Shown here: positions 38,315 to 39,580 of the stretch, piece by piece
Layout: the number at the start of each line of letters is the position of its first letter
Numbering within the stretch: position 1 is the stretch's first letter
Assembly: GCA_035516655.1 (NCBI GenBank)
Contig: DATJAC010000324.1
Location: forward strand, 1 to 39,580
DNA length: 39,580 bases
From: Alphaproteobacteria bacterium
Lineage (GTDB): Bacteria; Pseudomonadota; Alphaproteobacteria; JACZXZ01
Reading direction: 5' to 3'
Position numbers and translations under genes: made by a program
Notes under the pieces: generated by a model
The model's input: the letters and a program-made list of their open reading frames with translations, nothing else
Database searches by the model: none
What the model was told of the DNA's origin: nothing

Positions 38315-39418
38315 TCAGCCGCCGTCGCGCAAGGCCAGGAGCCGCCCCGCCGCGCGCCACAAACGCCAGCCGTCGGCGAGGTCGCCCGGCTCGAGTGCAG
38401 CGTGGGCCAGGTGGTCGAGCAGGTAGAGATGGGCGCGGGCACCCAGTGCTTGGGCGAGGGCGACGCTCTCGCTATAGGGCACGATCGCGTCGTCGCGGCC
38501 ATGGATGAGCAGGACCTGGGCGTGGAGTGCCGTGAGGTCGGCCCCTCTGAGATCGAGGGCGGCGATCTCGGCCTGGATGCGCTCGGGGAGCGTCGCGATG
38601 AGAGCGGGGACCTGCGCCGGGTCGCGATTGTCGAGGAGCGCCATCACGGCGCGGCCCTCCGGGCCCAGGCCGCGCTCGAGGCCGCTCACGTCGGCATCGA
38701 GGTCGGCGAGCTTCCGCCGCGCGAGTTGGTCGAGGCGCTCGCGGTCGGGAGCGCTGTCGAGGCGGCTCGCGTTCGCCAGCACGAAGACCCACTTGCCGTA
38801 GCGATTGGGCTGTCCTCGCCGCCACGGCTCGCCGGGAGCCGGGCGCCAGTAGCCGGTGGTGAAGAAGGTGACCACGCTCGTCGTGTCGTAATAGCCCCCG
38901 AGGCTCACGAGGAAGCCGATGCGCGCGCCGAGCTCCGGCTCGAGGGCGGCGAGGAGGGCCGGTCCGACGCCGTAGGAGACCGCGGCGATGCCGACCGGTC
39001 CGGCGCCATGGGGAAGGTCCAGGAGATGAAGCACCGCCGCGGCGATGCCGGCGATGTCGGCGCTGCCGACCTGGAGCGCCTTGGGCCCCGGCAGGTCCGG
39101 CACCAGGACCAGGAAGCCGTGGGCGGCAAGGGTGCGCGCAAAGGTCACCAGCCGCGGATCGTCCTTGCCGGTCTCGGCCGCACCCGGCACGAGGAGCAGG
39201 CCGGCCCGAGCACCTTGCGGCGGCCGATAGAGATCGCCGGCCCCGCCTGCCCAGCTTGCGGCAATGGGTGCCAGCATCGGTGCATCGCCGCGTGCCAGCT
39301 GCCAGAGCAGTTGGGCGGCCTCGAGTGAGCGCGGCAGATGCAGTACGAGCCCCGCCGCGATGAGCGCCGCAAGGCCGGCGAGTATCAGAACGAGGCGGCA
39401 AAGCGGGATGCGCGCCAA
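38315..39418 (-). CDS. membrane-anchored alpha/beta hydrolase of unknown substrate
   Basis: 367 aa with an N-terminal TM helix (LVLILAGLAALIAAGLVL), a nucleophile-elbow-like AAVSYGVG, IHGRDD and a late His (LDHLAH). Confidence 0.65.
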   Translation of the reverse strand: MARIPLCRLVLILAGLAALIAAGLVLHLPRSLEAAQLLWQLARGDAPMLAPIAASWAGGAGDLYRPPQGARAGLLLVPGAAETGKDDPRLVTFARTLAAHGFLVLVPDLPGPKALQVGSADIAGIAAAVLHLLDLPHGAGPVGIAAVSYGVGPALLAALEPELGARIGFLVSLGGYYDTTSVVTFFTTGYWRPAPGEPWRRGQPNRYGKWVFVLANASRLDSAPDRERLDQLARRKLADLDADVSGLERGLGPEGRAVMALLDNRDPAQVPALIATLPERIQAEIAALDLRGADLTALHAQVLLIHGRDDAIVPYSESVALAQALGARAHLYLLDHLAHAALEPGDLADGWRLWRAAGRLLALRDGG

Positions 39419-39450
39419 GGCCGAGGCCCTCGGGGATCGCGAGATAAGCT

Positions 39451-39580
39451 AGAGCTGAATCCGATCAAGTAGAACATCTCTTTCGTCACCCCGGCGAAAG
39501 CCGGGGTCCAGGGGCAACGGCCCGTCACCTGGTCCTGGGTTCCCGCTTTCGCGGGAACGACGATGTGGATTGATTCCACT
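39451..39580. repeat. family A element, truncated by the window edge
   Basis: The core at 39483-39563 is TCGTCACCCCGGCGAAAGCCGGGGTCCAGG...GGTTCCCGCTTTCGCGGGAACGACGA. Its first hairpin is identical to the one at 23847-23875. Confidence 0.8.

Noticed and set aside
39385-39579. 64-aa ORF (VVPAKAGTQ...PAFAGVT). Also 23630-23944 (TPAKAGVHVS...IPAFAGMT) and the N-terminal part of 36903-38180.
   Set aside because: These are translations of the family A/C/D palindromic repeats. The recurring peptide-like strings come from repeated DNA, not from conserved proteins.

Overview
Very GC-rich chromosomal window; third codon positions are almost all G/C. Gene order and the intergenic repeats suggest an alphaproteobacterium of the Hyphomicrobiales/Rhizobiales type, which is an inference only. 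I call 36 protein-coding genes. I recognise no rRNA, tRNA, CRISPR array, transposase, integrase or phage gene. All protein calls rest on motifs read by eye from the ORF translations; no database search was possible.

Layout:
- 455-12322: a catabolic-looking cluster. It holds a Tat-signal NAD-binding dehydrogenase, a 232-aa hypothetical protein, a family-I CoA-transferase, a MaoC dehydratase and a LigB+LigA fused extradiol dioxygenase, followed by a 5-gene Dpp/Opp-type ABC importer.
- 12396-16126: housekeeping and stress genes, namely a SAM methyltransferase, gloB, a GST and an ECF sigma / ZAS anti-sigma pair.
- 16142-23724: a polyhydroxyalkanoate locus (phaB, phaA, a class-III-like phaC, phaR). 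phaA and phaB are separated by a 3.3-kb block of four exported redox/metallo proteins: an amicyanin-like cupredoxin, a Tat metallophosphoesterase, a class-II cytochrome c and a dihaem cytochrome c.
- 24014-27395: pheA, kdsB, a membrane-anchored cytochrome c and an IMPase-family protein.
- 27507-33397: a yejABEF-type importer in which yejE and yejF form one 924-codon ORF.
- 33560-39418: a GhrA-like dehydrogenase, an M17 aminopeptidase, a GST, an orphan TAXI binding protein and an anchored alpha/beta hydrolase.

I see no obvious defence-type or mobile novel system. The observations most worth a second look are:
- the exported cupredoxin/phosphoesterase/cytochrome module, including an axial Met->Leu cupredoxin and a GNHD->GEHD phosphoesterase;
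- the small ORF that runs into, and overlaps, the class-III-like phaC;
- the yejE-yejF fusion;
- a Tat leader on a Rossmann dehydrogenase;
- a rich population of nested palindromic MITE/REP-like intergenic elements that have inserted into one another.
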